Notes under the pieces: model-generated
Told to the model about the DNA's origin: nothing
What the model saw: the letters and a program-made list of their open reading frames with translations, nothing else
Database searches by the model: none
Program-made: the position numbers and the translations under genes
In this document: positions 10,744 through 22,303 of the stretch, piece by piece
Layout of the letters: each line of letters starts with the position of its first letter
Position numbering within the stretch: position 1 is the stretch's first letter
Assembly (NCBI GenBank): GCA_040765725.1
Contig: JAXGRQ010000003.1
Location: 81,363 to 145,362, forward strand
Origin: Syntrophales bacterium
Lineage (GTDB): Bacteria > Desulfobacterota > Syntrophia > Syntrophales > UBA5619
Direction: 5' to 3'
Length of the DNA: 64,000 nt

Positions 10744-12537
10744 CTATCTCCTCCTGAACATCTTCTCCAGCTCACCGACGGAGATGACGATCTTCAACGG
10801 TCTTCCGTGCGGGCAGGTAGCCGCTTGGGGAAGAGCATCCAGGTCGCGGCAGAGGGTTTCGACCTCCGGCCCGCTGAGATTTCGGTTTGCCTTTACGGCC
10901 GCGCGGCAGGCGAGTGCCGTAAAGATTTTTTCCCGCTTTTCCGCCAGCGGCAGACGGCAATCCCCTTCCACGCATTCGGCCAGCAGGTCGCTGATCAACG
11001 TCCGCGCCTCCGTGCCGGACAGGAAGACCGGAACGGCTTTGACGACGACGGAATCCCCGCCAAAGGCTTCCGCCTCTATTCCCGCCTCCTCAAGCACCGG
11101 GAGGGATTCCGTCAAAAATGAGAGTTCGCGGGGGGGAAGGCTGACCACTTCGGGCAGCAGCAGCCGCTGGCCGATCGTTTTTTTGTCCGTCCCCTCGGCA
11201 CCCCGCTTCAGACTTTCAAAAACGATTCGTTCATGGGCCGCATGCTGATCGACGAGGACCACCCCCCGCTCTCCGGCAAACACAAGGTAGGTCCCTGCGA
11301 CCTGACCAAGATATCGGAGATCGGAAAAGCGATCCTCCGTTTCCGGTTGCCCTTGTACAGGCTGAAATTCCCGAACCGCCGGCTCCGCTGCGATCGGTGC
11401 CGCCTGAAGTGACGGGGTGGAATGACCGAAGGAAAGCTTTTCCGGACCCGCAGAGATCCGGTACCGTTTCAGGGCCTCCTCGACACGCACGGCATAAGCG
11501 GACTTCTCCTCTTCATACGGTCCGGTTTTTCGCACCGCTTCCCTAGAGCCGGCGCCGATGGCGGCACACAGACTCTCGACGATAAGACCGTAGATCTCCC
11601 GCGGGTTTCGGAAGCGAACCTCCATTTTCGTGGGATGAACGTTCACGTCCACGTCCCCCTGCGGCACATTGAGGAACAGCACGGCGGCCGGATGGCGTCG
11701 GGGCTCAATGATCCGGCGGTAGGCCGTCATGACCGCATGGTTCAGCAGGTAATCCTTGACGAATCGGCCGTTCACGAAAAGATACATCTGATCGGTGCCG
11801 GAGCGCGTGAATTCCGGACGGGAAACAAATCCCCCAAGCTTCGTGCCGTCCCTCTCCCCCGTCACCCGGACAAGCTGATCCTGAAAATCCCTGCCCAGCG
11901 TAAGGGCGATCCGCTCCGCAAGATCCTTGGCGGCAGGGATATTCATCAGCGTACGACGCTCCGTGGAAACCAGCAGACGGATTCCCGGCTGGGCCAGGGC
12001 AAGACGGGTGATCCAATCCAGGCAGTATCCCTGCTCGGTCGTTTCGCTCTTCAGAAACTTCCGGCGAACCGGGACCATTTCAAAGATACGGCTGACGCGA
12101 ACGGACGTGCCTGCCGGACAGCCTGTATCGTTCTGCTCCCGGATGGTCCCTCCCTCGATGATCAATCGGGTGCCGACGTTCGACTCGGCCCGGCGGGTCA
12201 CCATTTCCACATGCGAAACCGACGCAATGCTGGGCAGGGCCTCGCCCCGGAAGCCGAAGGAACGGACCCGGTATAGGTCCTCGAATGCCGCAATCTTGCT
12301 GGTGGCGTGGCGGGCAAAGGCAAGCGGAACATCCTCCGGTCTGATTCCCTCTCCGTTGTCGGTTACGCGGATGGCCCGGCAGCCCCCCTTCTCGAGCTCC
12401 ACGGAGATCTCCGTAGCTCCCGCATCCAGCGCGTTTTCCATCAGCTCCTTGACAACGGACGCCGGTCGTTCGACCACCTCGCCCGCCGCGATCCTGTGGG
12501 CCAGCGTCTCCGGCAGAACGATGATTTTCCCCGGCAA
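10744..12537 (-). CDS. mutL: DNA mismatch repair protein MutL
   Basis: 597-aa ORF with IAAGEVVERPASVVKELMENALDAGA GHKL ATPase N-terminus and a C-terminal dimerisation region ending TCPHGRP. Confidence 0.95.
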   Translation of the reverse strand: MPGKIIVLPETLAHRIAAGEVVERPASVVKELMENALDAGATEISVELEKGGCRAIRVTDNGEGIRPEDVPLAFARHATSKIAAFEDLYRVRSFGFRGEALPSIASVSHVEMVTRRAESNVGTRLIIEGGTIREQNDTGCPAGTSVRVSRIFEMVPVRRKFLKSETTEQGYCLDWITRLALAQPGIRLLVSTERRTLMNIPAAKDLAERIALTLGRDFQDQLVRVTGERDGTKLGGFVSRPEFTRSGTDQMYLFVNGRFVKDYLLNHAVMTAYRRIIEPRRHPAAVLFLNVPQGDVDVNVHPTKMEVRFRNPREIYGLIVESLCAAIGAGSREAVRKTGPYEEEKSAYAVRVEEALKRYRISAGPEKLSFGHSTPSLQAAPIAAEPAVREFQPVQGQPETEDRFSDLRYLGQVAGTYLVFAGERGVVLVDQHAAHERIVFESLKRGAEGTDKKTIGQRLLLPEVVSLPPRELSFLTESLPVLEEAGIEAEAFGGDSVVVKAVPVFLSGTEARTLISDLLAECVEGDCRLPLAEKREKIFTALACRAAVKANRNLSGPEVETLCRDLDALPQAATCPHGRPLKIVISVGELEKMFRRR

Positions 12538-12556
12538 TTTCTCTCCCCTTCCGATC

Positions 12557-13408
12557 CTATTTGCGGCCGCCCGGCCTCGCCAGACAATCCTGAAGCGCGA
12601 TCTGCCAGAACCGCATGGTCCTGCCGGTCGTCTCGAAAAACTTACGGCAGCTCAAAACACTCCGGGCGGGAACGACCGCGGGCCGGCAAAGTTCCTCCAG
12701 CGGCACCGCCCGGACGGCCACGTCGGTCTTTCCCGCATATTGAAGCACTTTGCAGGCAAATTCATACCGGCTGCACCGGCCGCGGTTGGTCAGATGGTAA
12801 ATGCCCTGATCGCCTCTCTCGATCAGCAACTGCACGGCGCCGGCCAGATCCCAGGAGTAGGTCGGGGAACCGACCTGATCGCTCGCGACATCGATGGACT
12901 TGGCATGATCGGCCTCCGTCAGGAGGGTCTTCATGAAATTCCCGCCGTTTCGGCCGTAGAGCCAAGAGGTCCGGATCAGGAGCCAGCGGTCCGAAAAGGC
13001 CTGGAGAAATCGCTCTCCCTCCAACTTGGAGGCACCATACACATTCAGGGGTGCCGGTTCATCCTCCTCGATGTACGGGGAAGGCTTCCGGCCGTCAAAA
13101 ATGCAATCGGTGCTGAATTGGACGATCCGGATGCCTTCCCGCCCGCAGGCCAGCGTGACATTCTTCACGCCGACGGCATTGACGGCAAAACAGCGGTCGT
13201 GATCCGTCTCGCAGCCGTCCACATTCGTGCAGGCCGCAGCATTGATGACGACATCCGGCGAAGAATCCTCGATTACGCGCCGACACTCCTCCTCTACGGA
13301 GATGTCGAAATCATCGATATCCTTTCCCGTGATGTCGTGGGTGCCCCCCATCCGGAGCATCAGATCGCTTCCCAGGGTTCCGCGATGTCCCAGCACAAGA
13401 ATCTTCAT
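12557..13408 (-). CDS. rfbD: dTDP-4-dehydrorhamnose reductase
   Basis: 283-aa ORF with MKILVLGHRGTLGSDL Rossmann start, VINAAACTNVDGCE and STDCIFDG motifs of the RmlD family. Its ATG overlaps the truA stop (ATGA). Confidence 0.85.
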   Translation of the reverse strand: MKILVLGHRGTLGSDLMLRMGGTHDITGKDIDDFDISVEEECRRVIEDSSPDVVINAAACTNVDGCETDHDRCFAVNAVGVKNVTLACGREGIRIVQFSTDCIFDGRKPSPYIEEDEPAPLNVYGASKLEGERFLQAFSDRWLLIRTSWLYGRNGGNFMKTLLTEADHAKSIDVASDQVGSPTYSWDLAGAVQLLIERGDQGIYHLTNRGRCSRYEFACKVLQYAGKTDVAVRAVPLEELCRPAVVPARSVLSCRKFFETTGRTMRFWQIALQDCLARPGGRK

Positions 13409-14145
13409 TCGTATTTCACTTCCTGCAGAAAAAGGCCCTGCGGCGGCGCCGTCAGGCCGGCTCGTTTTCGATCTTTCGCCGCCAGGATCTCGTTCACTTC
13501 ATCGAGGCAGCGCTTTCCCCGACCGATCTCTACCAGAGTGCCGACGATCGTTCTTGCCATATACCGCAGGAAACCATCCGCCTCCATGGAAATCCGGATG
13601 GTATCCCTTCCCTGCTTCACGACGGCGATATCGAGAATGGTCCGCACGTGATCTTCACTGTCCGCGTGCGTGGAACAAAACGATGAAAAATCATGCGTTC
13701 CCCGGAAGAGATCCAGCGATTCGGCGATCTTCTCCAGATCGAGCGGTTCCCAGATGAACCAGGCAAAACGTCGTTCCAGGGCCGGCCGGACCGGACGGTT
13801 ACAGATCCGGTAGAGATACATCTTGCTTTTTGCGTCGAAGCGGGCGTGGAAAGAGGGATCGACCTCGCTCACGCCGCGAACCGCGATGTCCGGAGGCAGC
13901 AGGCTGTTGAGGCCCATCAGAAAGCTCCTCTCCTCCAGACGGGAGTCCGTGTGAAAGTTCGCCACCTGTCCGACGGCATGAACACCCGCATCCGTCCGGC
14001 CCGATCCGATGACCCGGCTCTCAACGCCGGTCATCCGGCCGATGGCCTCTTCGATCCGCTGCTGGATGGAGAGACCGTTTTCCTGACGCTGCCAGCCGCA
14101 ATATTCGGTGCCGTCATATTCGACGCACAATCGGATGTTTCGCAT
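13405..14145 (-). CDS. truA: tRNA pseudouridine(38-40) synthase
   Basis: 246-aa ORF. YDGTEYCGWQRQ and GSGRTDAGVHA contain the catalytic Asp motif of TruA. Confidence 0.9.
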   Translation of the reverse strand: MRNIRLCVEYDGTEYCGWQRQENGLSIQQRIEEAIGRMTGVESRVIGSGRTDAGVHAVGQVANFHTDSRLEERSFLMGLNSLLPPDIAVRGVSEVDPSFHARFDAKSKMYLYRICNRPVRPALERRFAWFIWEPLDLEKIAESLDLFRGTHDFSSFCSTHADSEDHVRTILDIAVVKQGRDTIRISMEADGFLRYMARTIVGTLVEIGRGKRCLDEVNEILAAKDRKRAGLTAPPQGLFLQEVKYE

Positions 14146-14187
14146 GATTCGTGGAAACCTTCCAATCAGTTGGAATACAAATCGATT

Positions 14188-15360
14188 TTACGGGTTGTTG
14201 TCCGTTTCGATGAGGGAAACGGCAAAGGCGGCGGCGCCCTCTCCGGCGCCCACGAGTCCCATCCCCTCGTTTGTCTTGGCCTTGACGCTGACCTGTGAGG
14301 CAGGAATCCGTAAAACGGAAGCGATGTTCTCTGCCATCTCTGAAAGATGGGCGCCCAGTTTCGGCTTTTCCAGAACGATCGAGGAATCCACGTTGCGGAT
14401 CCGGTAACCGTTCTCGGCGGTTAACGTCCGTACCCGGTCCAAGAGGACCAGGCTGGATATATCCCGGTAGGCGGGATCGGTATCCGGGAACTGCCGACCG
14501 ATATCGCCCAAACCGGAGGCTCCGAGGATCGCGTCACAGACCGCATGGATCAGCACATCCGCATCCGAGTGGCCCAGAAGCCCCTTTTCATGTGGAATAG
14601 GTACGCCGCCCAGAACCAGCTTTCGTACCGGCACCAAACGGTGGCTGTCATAGCCGAAACCGATTCTCATACCGGTCCCGCCGTTGAAAAATCTTCGAAC
14701 CCGCTCCAGATCCTCCGGTATCGTCACCTTGATGTTGTCACTGTGACCGGGGATCATCCTGACGGGAATTCCCATCCGTTCCGCCAGGGATGCGTCGTCG
14801 GTACCGTAAAATCCGTCGTCCGTCGCCTTTTTATACGCATCAACAATCACTTCTCGCCGGAAGGCTTGCGGCGTTTGCACGGACCACAAACCGTCTCGGG
14901 AAACGGTCCCGGTCACCGTTCCGGCCGGATCTGTCCTCTTGACCGTATCTTGGATCGGAACCCCTGTGGCCACGGCGCCGGATTCCTTCGCCCCGGCGAC
15001 GGCCCGTTCGATGATCTCCCCGCTCACGAAAGGCCGGACCCCGTCATGCACCAGAACGATGTCATGTTCCCGACGCACGTGCATCAGTGCGTTCCACACC
15101 GAGTCCTGACGCTCCCGTCCGCCGGCAAGAACCCGGCTGACCTTGGACAGATTGAACGTTACGACGACATCTCGTTGAATTTCCGTCAGATCCCCTTCCG
15201 GAACGACGAGGAATATTTCATCGATCATCGGGGAGCGTTGAAAGGGCTTGAGGGTATGAACAAGAATCGGGAATCCGGCCAGCGACAGGTATTGCTTGGG
15301 AAGTCGACTCCCCATGCGTTTTCCTGTTCCTCCCGCCGGAATGATTGCCACCGTCTTCAT
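14188..15360 (-). CDS. ispDF: Bifunctional 2-C-methyl-D-erythritol 4-phosphate cytidylyltransferase / MEcPP synthase
   Basis: N-terminal half has IIPAGGTGKRMG (IspD). C-terminal half has GFGYDSHRL and GHSDADVLIHA (IspF). Start taken at the ATG giving MKTVAII; the ORF extends to 15399. Confidence 0.9.
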   Translation of the reverse strand: MKTVAIIPAGGTGKRMGSRLPKQYLSLAGFPILVHTLKPFQRSPMIDEIFLVVPEGDLTEIQRDVVVTFNLSKVSRVLAGGRERQDSVWNALMHVRREHDIVLVHDGVRPFVSGEIIERAVAGAKESGAVATGVPIQDTVKRTDPAGTVTGTVSRDGLWSVQTPQAFRREVIVDAYKKATDDGFYGTDDASLAERMGIPVRMIPGHSDNIKVTIPEDLERVRRFFNGGTGMRIGFGYDSHRLVPVRKLVLGGVPIPHEKGLLGHSDADVLIHAVCDAILGASGLGDIGRQFPDTDPAYRDISSLVLLDRVRTLTAENGYRIRNVDSSIVLEKPKLGAHLSEMAENIASVLRIPASQVSVKAKTNEGMGLVGAGEGAAAFAVSLIETDNNP

Positions 15361-15417
15361 GATGCAGACCTGCGGAAAATGGGTCCGGGGATTGTTCATC
15401 CCCGGCCCCGTGGACCG

Positions 15418-16440
15418 TTACGCCTTTACATTGCCCCCGGACGACTTCCTATCCGACAGGACCGCTTTGAGCTCAGAAAAGATCATCCGTCCGGCAGTGG
15501 TTTGCAGAACGCTTGTAACCATTGCCTCGACCGTCATCCCCTGATATTTCTGTGCGTTGTCCACGATGATCATCGTGCCGTCATCCAGATAGGCCACTCC
15601 CTGCCCGGGTTCCTTCCCTTCCTTGATGATCTTGACGGTCATCTGTTCCCCCGGGAGAACCACCGGTTTCAGCGCGTTGGCCAGTTCATTGACATTGAGA
15701 ATCTTGATTCCCTGCAACTCGGCCACCTTGTTCAGATTGAAATCATTCGTGATGATCTTCCCGTTGGTCTTTTTTGCCAGCGCGACCAGTTTGGCATCCA
15801 CCCCCTTGATCTTGGGAAAATCATGGTCTACCACATCGATGAAAATACCGCTGCTCCGCTGCATCCGGTTGAGAATATCCAGACCCCGTCGGCCGCGGGC
15901 CCTTTTCATCGAGTCTGAAGAATCGGCAATATACTGAAGCTCATCCAAAACAAAGCGGGGAACGATCAGATTCCCTTCAACGAATCCGGTATCGCAAATA
16001 TCGGCGATTCGACCGTCAATAATCACACTGGTGTCGAGAATCCGGTAATCGGTGATCTCTTTGACCGGCCCCCAGCCGAACAGACTGGCCTCTTCCACCT
16101 TTTTCGACCCGAGAACAAGTCCCAGATAACCCATAATCCCGGTGAGCAGTGCATAGATCCAGGGGACGACCTGCCTTTTTTCCATGATATTGCTGACAAA
16201 ACTCAAGCCGTATGCAAGTAAGAAGGCAATCAGCAGGCCGACGATCATCCCGACCACGCCTCCCAGGATCACCCGGAGGGAGATCTTTCGGACGGCCTGT
16301 TCGATCCTGATGACAAACAGGGCCATCAACAATCCTAAAATCAGTCCAACCGACCATTGCCACCACTGACCGTAACTGTGGTAGGCAATCGCATAACCGC
16401 TCAATGAACAAGCCAGAATTAAAATAGCCTTCACAATCAA
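15418..16440 (-). CDS. Membrane-anchored PIN-domain / TRAM-domain protein (YacL-like)
   Basis: 340-aa ORF with about 4 N-terminal hydrophobic helices, then a PIN-like region (ILDTSVIIDGRI) and a C-terminal TRAM-like beta region (GEQMTVKIIKEGKEPGQGVAYLDDGTMIIV). Confidence 0.7.
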   Translation of the reverse strand: MIVKAILILACSLSGYAIAYHSYGQWWQWSVGLILGLLMALFVIRIEQAVRKISLRVILGGVVGMIVGLLIAFLLAYGLSFVSNIMEKRQVVPWIYALLTGIMGYLGLVLGSKKVEEASLFGWGPVKEITDYRILDTSVIIDGRIADICDTGFVEGNLIVPRFVLDELQYIADSSDSMKRARGRRGLDILNRMQRSSGIFIDVVDHDFPKIKGVDAKLVALAKKTNGKIITNDFNLNKVAELQGIKILNVNELANALKPVVLPGEQMTVKIIKEGKEPGQGVAYLDDGTMIIVDNAQKYQGMTVEAMVTSVLQTTAGRMIFSELKAVLSDRKSSGGNVKA

Positions 16441-16613
16441 ATCTTTTCACCTCCTTTCCTCATTCCGTTTGAGACGGAATTGATTTTTAAACAATTGTGC
16501 ACCGTCATTTTATGCAGACACTTCCGCTGATGATCATAAAAATTCGAATGAATCCCGGCGCGGTTCTTTATGTTACCTGCGGATAAATTTCTGAAACGTG
16601 CAACGGATGGCTG

Positions 16614-17099
16614 TCATTGAACGGTGAAAATGATCCGAAGATCCTCCTCAATCTTGGTCTCCTCGGCATTGCTCGCCACCGAGATCTCTTTGATGAGCAG
16701 GTTCTTCGCCGTATCCATCATTTTTCTCTCCCCGAAGGATAGGTTCTTGTCGCTTTTCAGTATGAAGAGATCCCGCAGTACGCGGGCGATTTCGAAAACC
16801 GAACCGGTCTTGATCTTCTCCAGGTAATCCCTGTATCGCTTGTTCCATGTCTGTTTGTCGATCGTGACATCCTTGTTCCGTAGGATCGCATAAACCTTGG
16901 GAATTTCTTTTTTCATAATCACTTCACGCAATCCGACCGATTTCGCGCTATTCATCGGAATCATGATTTTCATTCCGTTTCCCATGATTTTCATGACATA
17001 GAAAAGCTGTTTTTTCCCCCCGACTTCCCGGTTTTCGATCGCCTCGATCACCCCGACTCCCTGCGCCGGATACACCGCCAAATCACCCACCTTGAACAT
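16614..17099 (-). CDS. carD: CarD-family transcriptional regulator (RNA polymerase-binding)
   Basis: MFKVGDLAVYPAQGVGVIEAIE matches the CarD/TRCF RID N-terminal domain. Start taken at the internal ATG; the ORF extends to 17129. Confidence 0.85.
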   Translation of the reverse strand: MFKVGDLAVYPAQGVGVIEAIENREVGGKKQLFYVMKIMGNGMKIMIPMNSAKSVGLREVIMKKEIPKVYAILRNKDVTIDKQTWNKRYRDYLEKIKTGSVFEIARVLRDLFILKSDKNLSFGERKMMDTAKNLLIKEISVASNAEETKIEEDLRIIFTVQ

Positions 17100-17245
17100 G
17101 ATCACACCTGAAATATTTATTTGGAACAAGTATATATATCAAATATCCCGCGAAGAGTCAATAGGATTCGCCGGATGGGATTCGTTCTCATATACGGCCT
17201 GCATGCATCTTCCCGGATACGTGAAGACAAGGCCTTTCCTGCCTG

Positions 17246-18211
17246 TCAGGGGAGAAAGAAAAGTGGGTTTCGGGCTTTGTTCCTGTGCCGAATTTCGAAA
17301 TGCAAATAGGGCTCGCCCTGCGCATTCGGTTGACCGACAAACGCAATCCGGTCCCCCTTTTTGACACGGCTCTCCCCTTGGACAATTCTGAGCCCCAGGT
17401 TCGTATAGACGGTCGCGTACTGCTCCTCATGCTGGATGATGATGGTCTCTCCATAATCTTTAAGGGGGGCGGAAAAGATCACCATTCCGTCGGCTGCCGC
17501 CTGCACGGCCGTTCCCGCACCCGCTTCAATCCGGATGCCGTTGTAATACATCCGGTTGGGTTGGATTCCGAAATGAGACAAGACTTTTCCCCTGACCGGC
17601 CATATAAAACGCTTCTTTTCAAATCGGAGCTGTTCTTCCTCTTTTCCCGTTTGCCTCGGTTTGGGCAGCGGATCGGGAACTTTCTTCTTTTCCGGTTTAT
17701 CGATGGCCCGGGGCGGAACCGGCTCCCCTTTTTCTGCCCGGGGCCTTTCGATGCGATCCTTCGTCGTCGGGTCAATCGGAGACGGTTCTCTGCGGCGATC
17801 CGAGGGTTTTGGTTCTTCTTTTTTCCCGAGCGTTTCCACCTTTAGAACGACCTCCGGCACTGTCCCGGGCTCCTGTTTTCCGGCGGGGGTCACCGCGGGC
17901 AAGACCGGCCCTGCCGCCGTCATCACATCGTCCAGAATCTGATTCGCCTCGGGAACAAAAATGACGCTGCCCGTCTCAATCCGGTCGGGGTCGCCGACAT
18001 TGTTGATCTCCGCCAGCTCCTGCAGATCGACTCTATAGGCCCGGGCAATGCTGTAAAGGGTCTCTCCTTTCTTGACAAGATGATAGATGCCCCGGGGATG
18101 GTCACTTCGGACAGGATAACCTGAACAGGAGAGAATCAACAAACCGGCCAGAATCCATCCGGGGAGTTTTCGATAAGAGGTGAGGCATGATTCAGCCGTG
18201 GAGTCGAGCAT
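17246..18211 (-). CDS. LysM-domain M23 metallopeptidase lipoprotein (NlpD-like)
   Basis: Signal/lipobox-like GLLILSCSG, LysM (YHLVKKGETLYSIARAYRVDLQELAEINNV) and C-terminal M23 motif (HLHFEIRHRNKARNP). Lies immediately downstream of pcm, as in many bacteria. Start uncertain (ORF extends to 18265). Confidence 0.85.
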   Translation of the reverse strand: MLDSTAESCLTSYRKLPGWILAGLLILSCSGYPVRSDHPRGIYHLVKKGETLYSIARAYRVDLQELAEINNVGDPDRIETGSVIFVPEANQILDDVMTAAGPVLPAVTPAGKQEPGTVPEVVLKVETLGKKEEPKPSDRRREPSPIDPTTKDRIERPRAEKGEPVPPRAIDKPEKKKVPDPLPKPRQTGKEEEQLRFEKKRFIWPVRGKVLSHFGIQPNRMYYNGIRIEAGAGTAVQAAADGMVIFSAPLKDYGETIIIQHEEQYATVYTNLGLRIVQGESRVKKGDRIAFVGQPNAQGEPYLHFEIRHRNKARNPLFFLP

Positions 18212-18219
18212 TGTGCGAA

Positions 18220-18930
18220 TCAATTTCCCCATCCGTACTCCCCGATCAGATCCACAAAACGGCACCCGCCGAGATCCGTTTGTTCCAGATCTTCCGGATC
18301 TTTCGAAAGGCGGGTCACTTTCAGAAGGGCCTGGGAGTGACGGCTTCCCACAGGGATGACGAGACGACCTCCGACGGTGAGCTGATCGATCAATGTTTTG
18401 GGAACCTGAGGGGCGCCGGCCGTCACCAGGATCGCATCAAACGGGGACTCTTCTCGCCAACCGTACGTCCCGTCTCCCACCCGAATGGCCACATTGTAAT
18501 GGTTCAGCGCATCGAGAATCCGTCTTGCGCCGGCCGCCAGCATGGCAATGCGTTCAATAGAATAGACCCTCTCGGCCAGCTCGGCCAGAAGGGCCGTCTG
18601 ATAACCGGAACCCGTTCCGATTTCGAGTACCTTTTCCTTTCCGGTGAGTTCCATCGCCTCGGTCATCAACGCAACGATGTAGGGTTGTGAGATGGTCTGT
18701 TGACGGTCAATCGGAAGAGGGTTGTCGTTGTAAGCTTGATCAATCAGACCTTCATCAACGAAGAGATGACGCGGGACTTTCTCCATTGCCCTCAGGACCC
18801 TCTGGTCGATGATCCCCCTCGCCCGGATCTGGGCATGAACCATTCTCATCCTCTGTTTATGAAACCGATCCGACACGTTATCGTCCCAATGATTGCTGTC
18901 CCGTCCGCTCGCAGCCGGCATGGACGCCAA
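18220..18930 (-). CDS. pcm: Protein-L-isoaspartate O-methyltransferase
   Basis: [13 protein letters not shown] and the SAM-binding motif [18 protein letters not shown]. The start may be the downstream ATG near 18849. Confidence 0.9.
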   Translation of the reverse strand: MASMPAASGRDSNHWDDNVSDRFHKQRMRMVHAQIRARGIIDQRVLRAMEKVPRHLFVDEGLIDQAYNDNPLPIDRQQTISQPYIVALMTEAMELTGKEKVLEIGTGSGYQTALLAELAERVYSIERIAMLAAGARRILDALNHYNVAIRVGDGTYGWREESPFDAILVTAGAPQVPKTLIDQLTVGGRLVIPVGSRHSQALLKVTRLSKDPEDLEQTDLGGCRFVDLIGEYGWGN

Positions 18931-19187
18931 GGCCCTGCCAAAACGGATCCGTCATTCTTCGCTGTTTACCGTATCTGCCCGTCCGATAAAACAAATCCAC
19001 GGGAAACGATGATGGAATCTACCATGTAACTTTTGATTTTACAAGCATCGGCACGGAGTCGATGATGAGCCTTCCGGCAGCGGACGGGAGGCCTCGAACC
19101 CGCAAGCAGGCGGTTTCGTATGCAATACGACCTTCCGTCATACCCCATGGAGTGCGATCACGGGCGGACAGACGAAGTTCAACGCAT

Positions 19188-20119
<932 letters not shown>

Positions 20120-20854
20120 AGATCTCCGTCATCTCCCTGGTGTATCCGCCCGTCTCTTCATGGATTACCAGCGGGGGCAGGATCTGCAACCCCTCCCGTC
20201 CCCCCTTTGCCCCCTCCGCAAGCACGAAGGCCGCCGAATCGCCGGGACGCGAATGGACCAGACGCAGCCGTTTGGGTTCGATCCGGCAAGACCTCATCCC
20301 CGCGAGCAGTTGGACCGCACGTGACGCCGGGTAGATCACCCGGAGCCTCCCCTCCGGTCGAAGGGCATGGGCGGCGGCAGTTAGAAAATCAGCCAGCGTT
20401 CCCGTAATCTCATGCCGGGCGACGGCCTTCTCAGGGTCTGGATTCGTGCGGCCTGAATGGAGACGGCGATAGGGGGGATTGCAGACGGCTGCTGAAAAGG
20501 ATTGAGGGTCACAAAGCAACGTGGGATGGCGGACATCCCCCTGCCGGATTTCGATCTTCCCTTCCAGTCCGTTCAGCAGGACATTCCGTTTGGCCGCCTC
20601 CGCAAGACCCTTCTGGATTTCAATCCCGAGGATTTGGCCGCATCGAAAACGTTGAGCCAGAATCAGCGCGATGATCCCGCTGCCTGTCCCCAGGTCAATC
20701 AGATCACTCCCTTCCGGAAGCTCGGTAAAATGGGCAAGGATGAGCGCGTCGATCGAAAATCGATAGCCGCCCCTTTTCTGGATGATCCGAAGGCGGCCGC
20801 CCAAGGCCTGATCGACCGTTTCCCCCCGGCAGGGACCGATAGTATCGTCCATTT

Positions 20855-22096
20855 TCACTCCAGCCGGTGGACGAACAGGCCGCTGCGCAGCTTCGGCTCG
20901 AACCAAGTCGATTTTGGCGGCATGACCCGGCCGGTGTCCGCAACCGCCATCATTTCTCCGACGGATGGCGGATAGAAGGAAAAGGCGACTGCGAAACCGG
21001 AACGGTCCACGAGTCGCTCCAGCTCGCCCATCCCGCGAATCCCTCCCACAAACTCGATTCTGGAATCTGTCCGAGGGTCTGAGACGCCGAGGATGGGCAT
21101 CAGCAGGTTTTCCTGAAGGACAGTCACGTCAAGACGGGCGATGGGATCGTCGTTGCGGATGATCCGTGGTCGGGCGATCAGACGTCGCCAGCGCCCGCCG
21201 AGATACATCCCGAATTCGTGCCTTTGCCGCGGTGATTTTTCATGGAAACGATCCACAACATCGAACCCCTCGCCGACCCTCTCCAGAAACATCGCTTCAG
21301 AAAGACCGTTCAGGTCCCGCACGGCACGGTTGTAATCCATGATCCGAAGCTGATCGTGGGGATACAAAACGGCCAGCATGAAATGGTACGGCTCATTCCC
21401 CTGGTCATTCGGATTCCTCTCCCGGCGGAGACGCGCCACCGCGGCGGCCGCGGCAGCGCGGTGATGCCCATCCGCGATGTATAGCGCCTCGACAGGAGCA
21501 AATTCCTCCCGAAACTTTAGGATCTCTGCAGAATCACGCAGGACCCAGACTGTATGGGCGATATCGTCATCGGCGGTAAAATCGAACTCGGGGGTTCGTT
21601 CTACCACACCCCTGACCAGTCGATCGATCTCCTCCCGCTTGCGGTAGGTCATCAAAATCGGCCCGGTCTGCGCCCCGACCGTATCGATGTGGAGCGTTCT
21701 CTCACGCTCCTTGTCCGAGCGCGTGAATTCGTGCTTTCTGATCCGGCCCCTTTCGTATTCTTCAATCGCAACGCAGGCAACGAGTCCAGTCTGAACATGC
21801 TCGCCCATTCGTTGCCTGTAAAGATAAAAAGCTGCTCCATCTTCCGCAACCAGGATGCGCTGCCGAACCAGCCCTTCCAGATTTTCTTTCGCCCGTTCGT
21901 AGACGCGGGAATCTTCCACACCGTTTGTGGAGGGGAAATCGATTTCCGACTTCTCCACATGGAGAAAATTCAGCGGTTTGTCCCACACCCGTTCCTTCGC
22001 CTCTTCCACATTCATCACATCATAGGGCAAAGAGGCCACCTGATCCGCAAACAACGCCGTGGGTCTCAAGGCCCTGAAGGGGAATACATTGGACAT
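20855..22096 (-). CDS. DUF1015 family protein
   Basis: MSNVFPFRALRPT...ASLPYDVMNVEEA N-terminus and IADGHHRAAAA motif are typical of DUF1015. The ORF extends to 22129. Confidence 0.8.
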   Translation of the reverse strand: MSNVFPFRALRPTALFADQVASLPYDVMNVEEAKERVWDKPLNFLHVEKSEIDFPSTNGVEDSRVYERAKENLEGLVRQRILVAEDGAAFYLYRQRMGEHVQTGLVACVAIEEYERGRIRKHEFTRSDKERERTLHIDTVGAQTGPILMTYRKREEIDRLVRGVVERTPEFDFTADDDIAHTVWVLRDSAEILKFREEFAPVEALYIADGHHRAAAAAAVARLRRERNPNDQGNEPYHFMLAVLYPHDQLRIMDYNRAVRDLNGLSEAMFLERVGEGFDVVDRFHEKSPRQRHEFGMYLGGRWRRLIARPRIIRNDDPIARLDVTVLQENLLMPILGVSDPRTDSRIEFVGGIRGMGELERLVDRSGFAVAFSFYPPSVGEMMAVADTGRVMPPKSTWFEPKLRSGLFVHRLE

Positions 22097-22303
22097 GCCT
22101 GCTCGCTTTCTGAAACGGTGCGGCGGCATTTTTAAACGGCCTCAAGAGAATGACGGGCGCCGCCCGCTCCACATTTTGTTTGCAAATTTCTAACACACCG
22201 GGATATGGAAAGCAACGCGAAAGGATCGGGTTCTCAGGTCCCGGGACACGGGTGCTGAAATCGGAGCGCATCTTCAACCAACGTATCAAGAAAGATATCA
22301 TAG

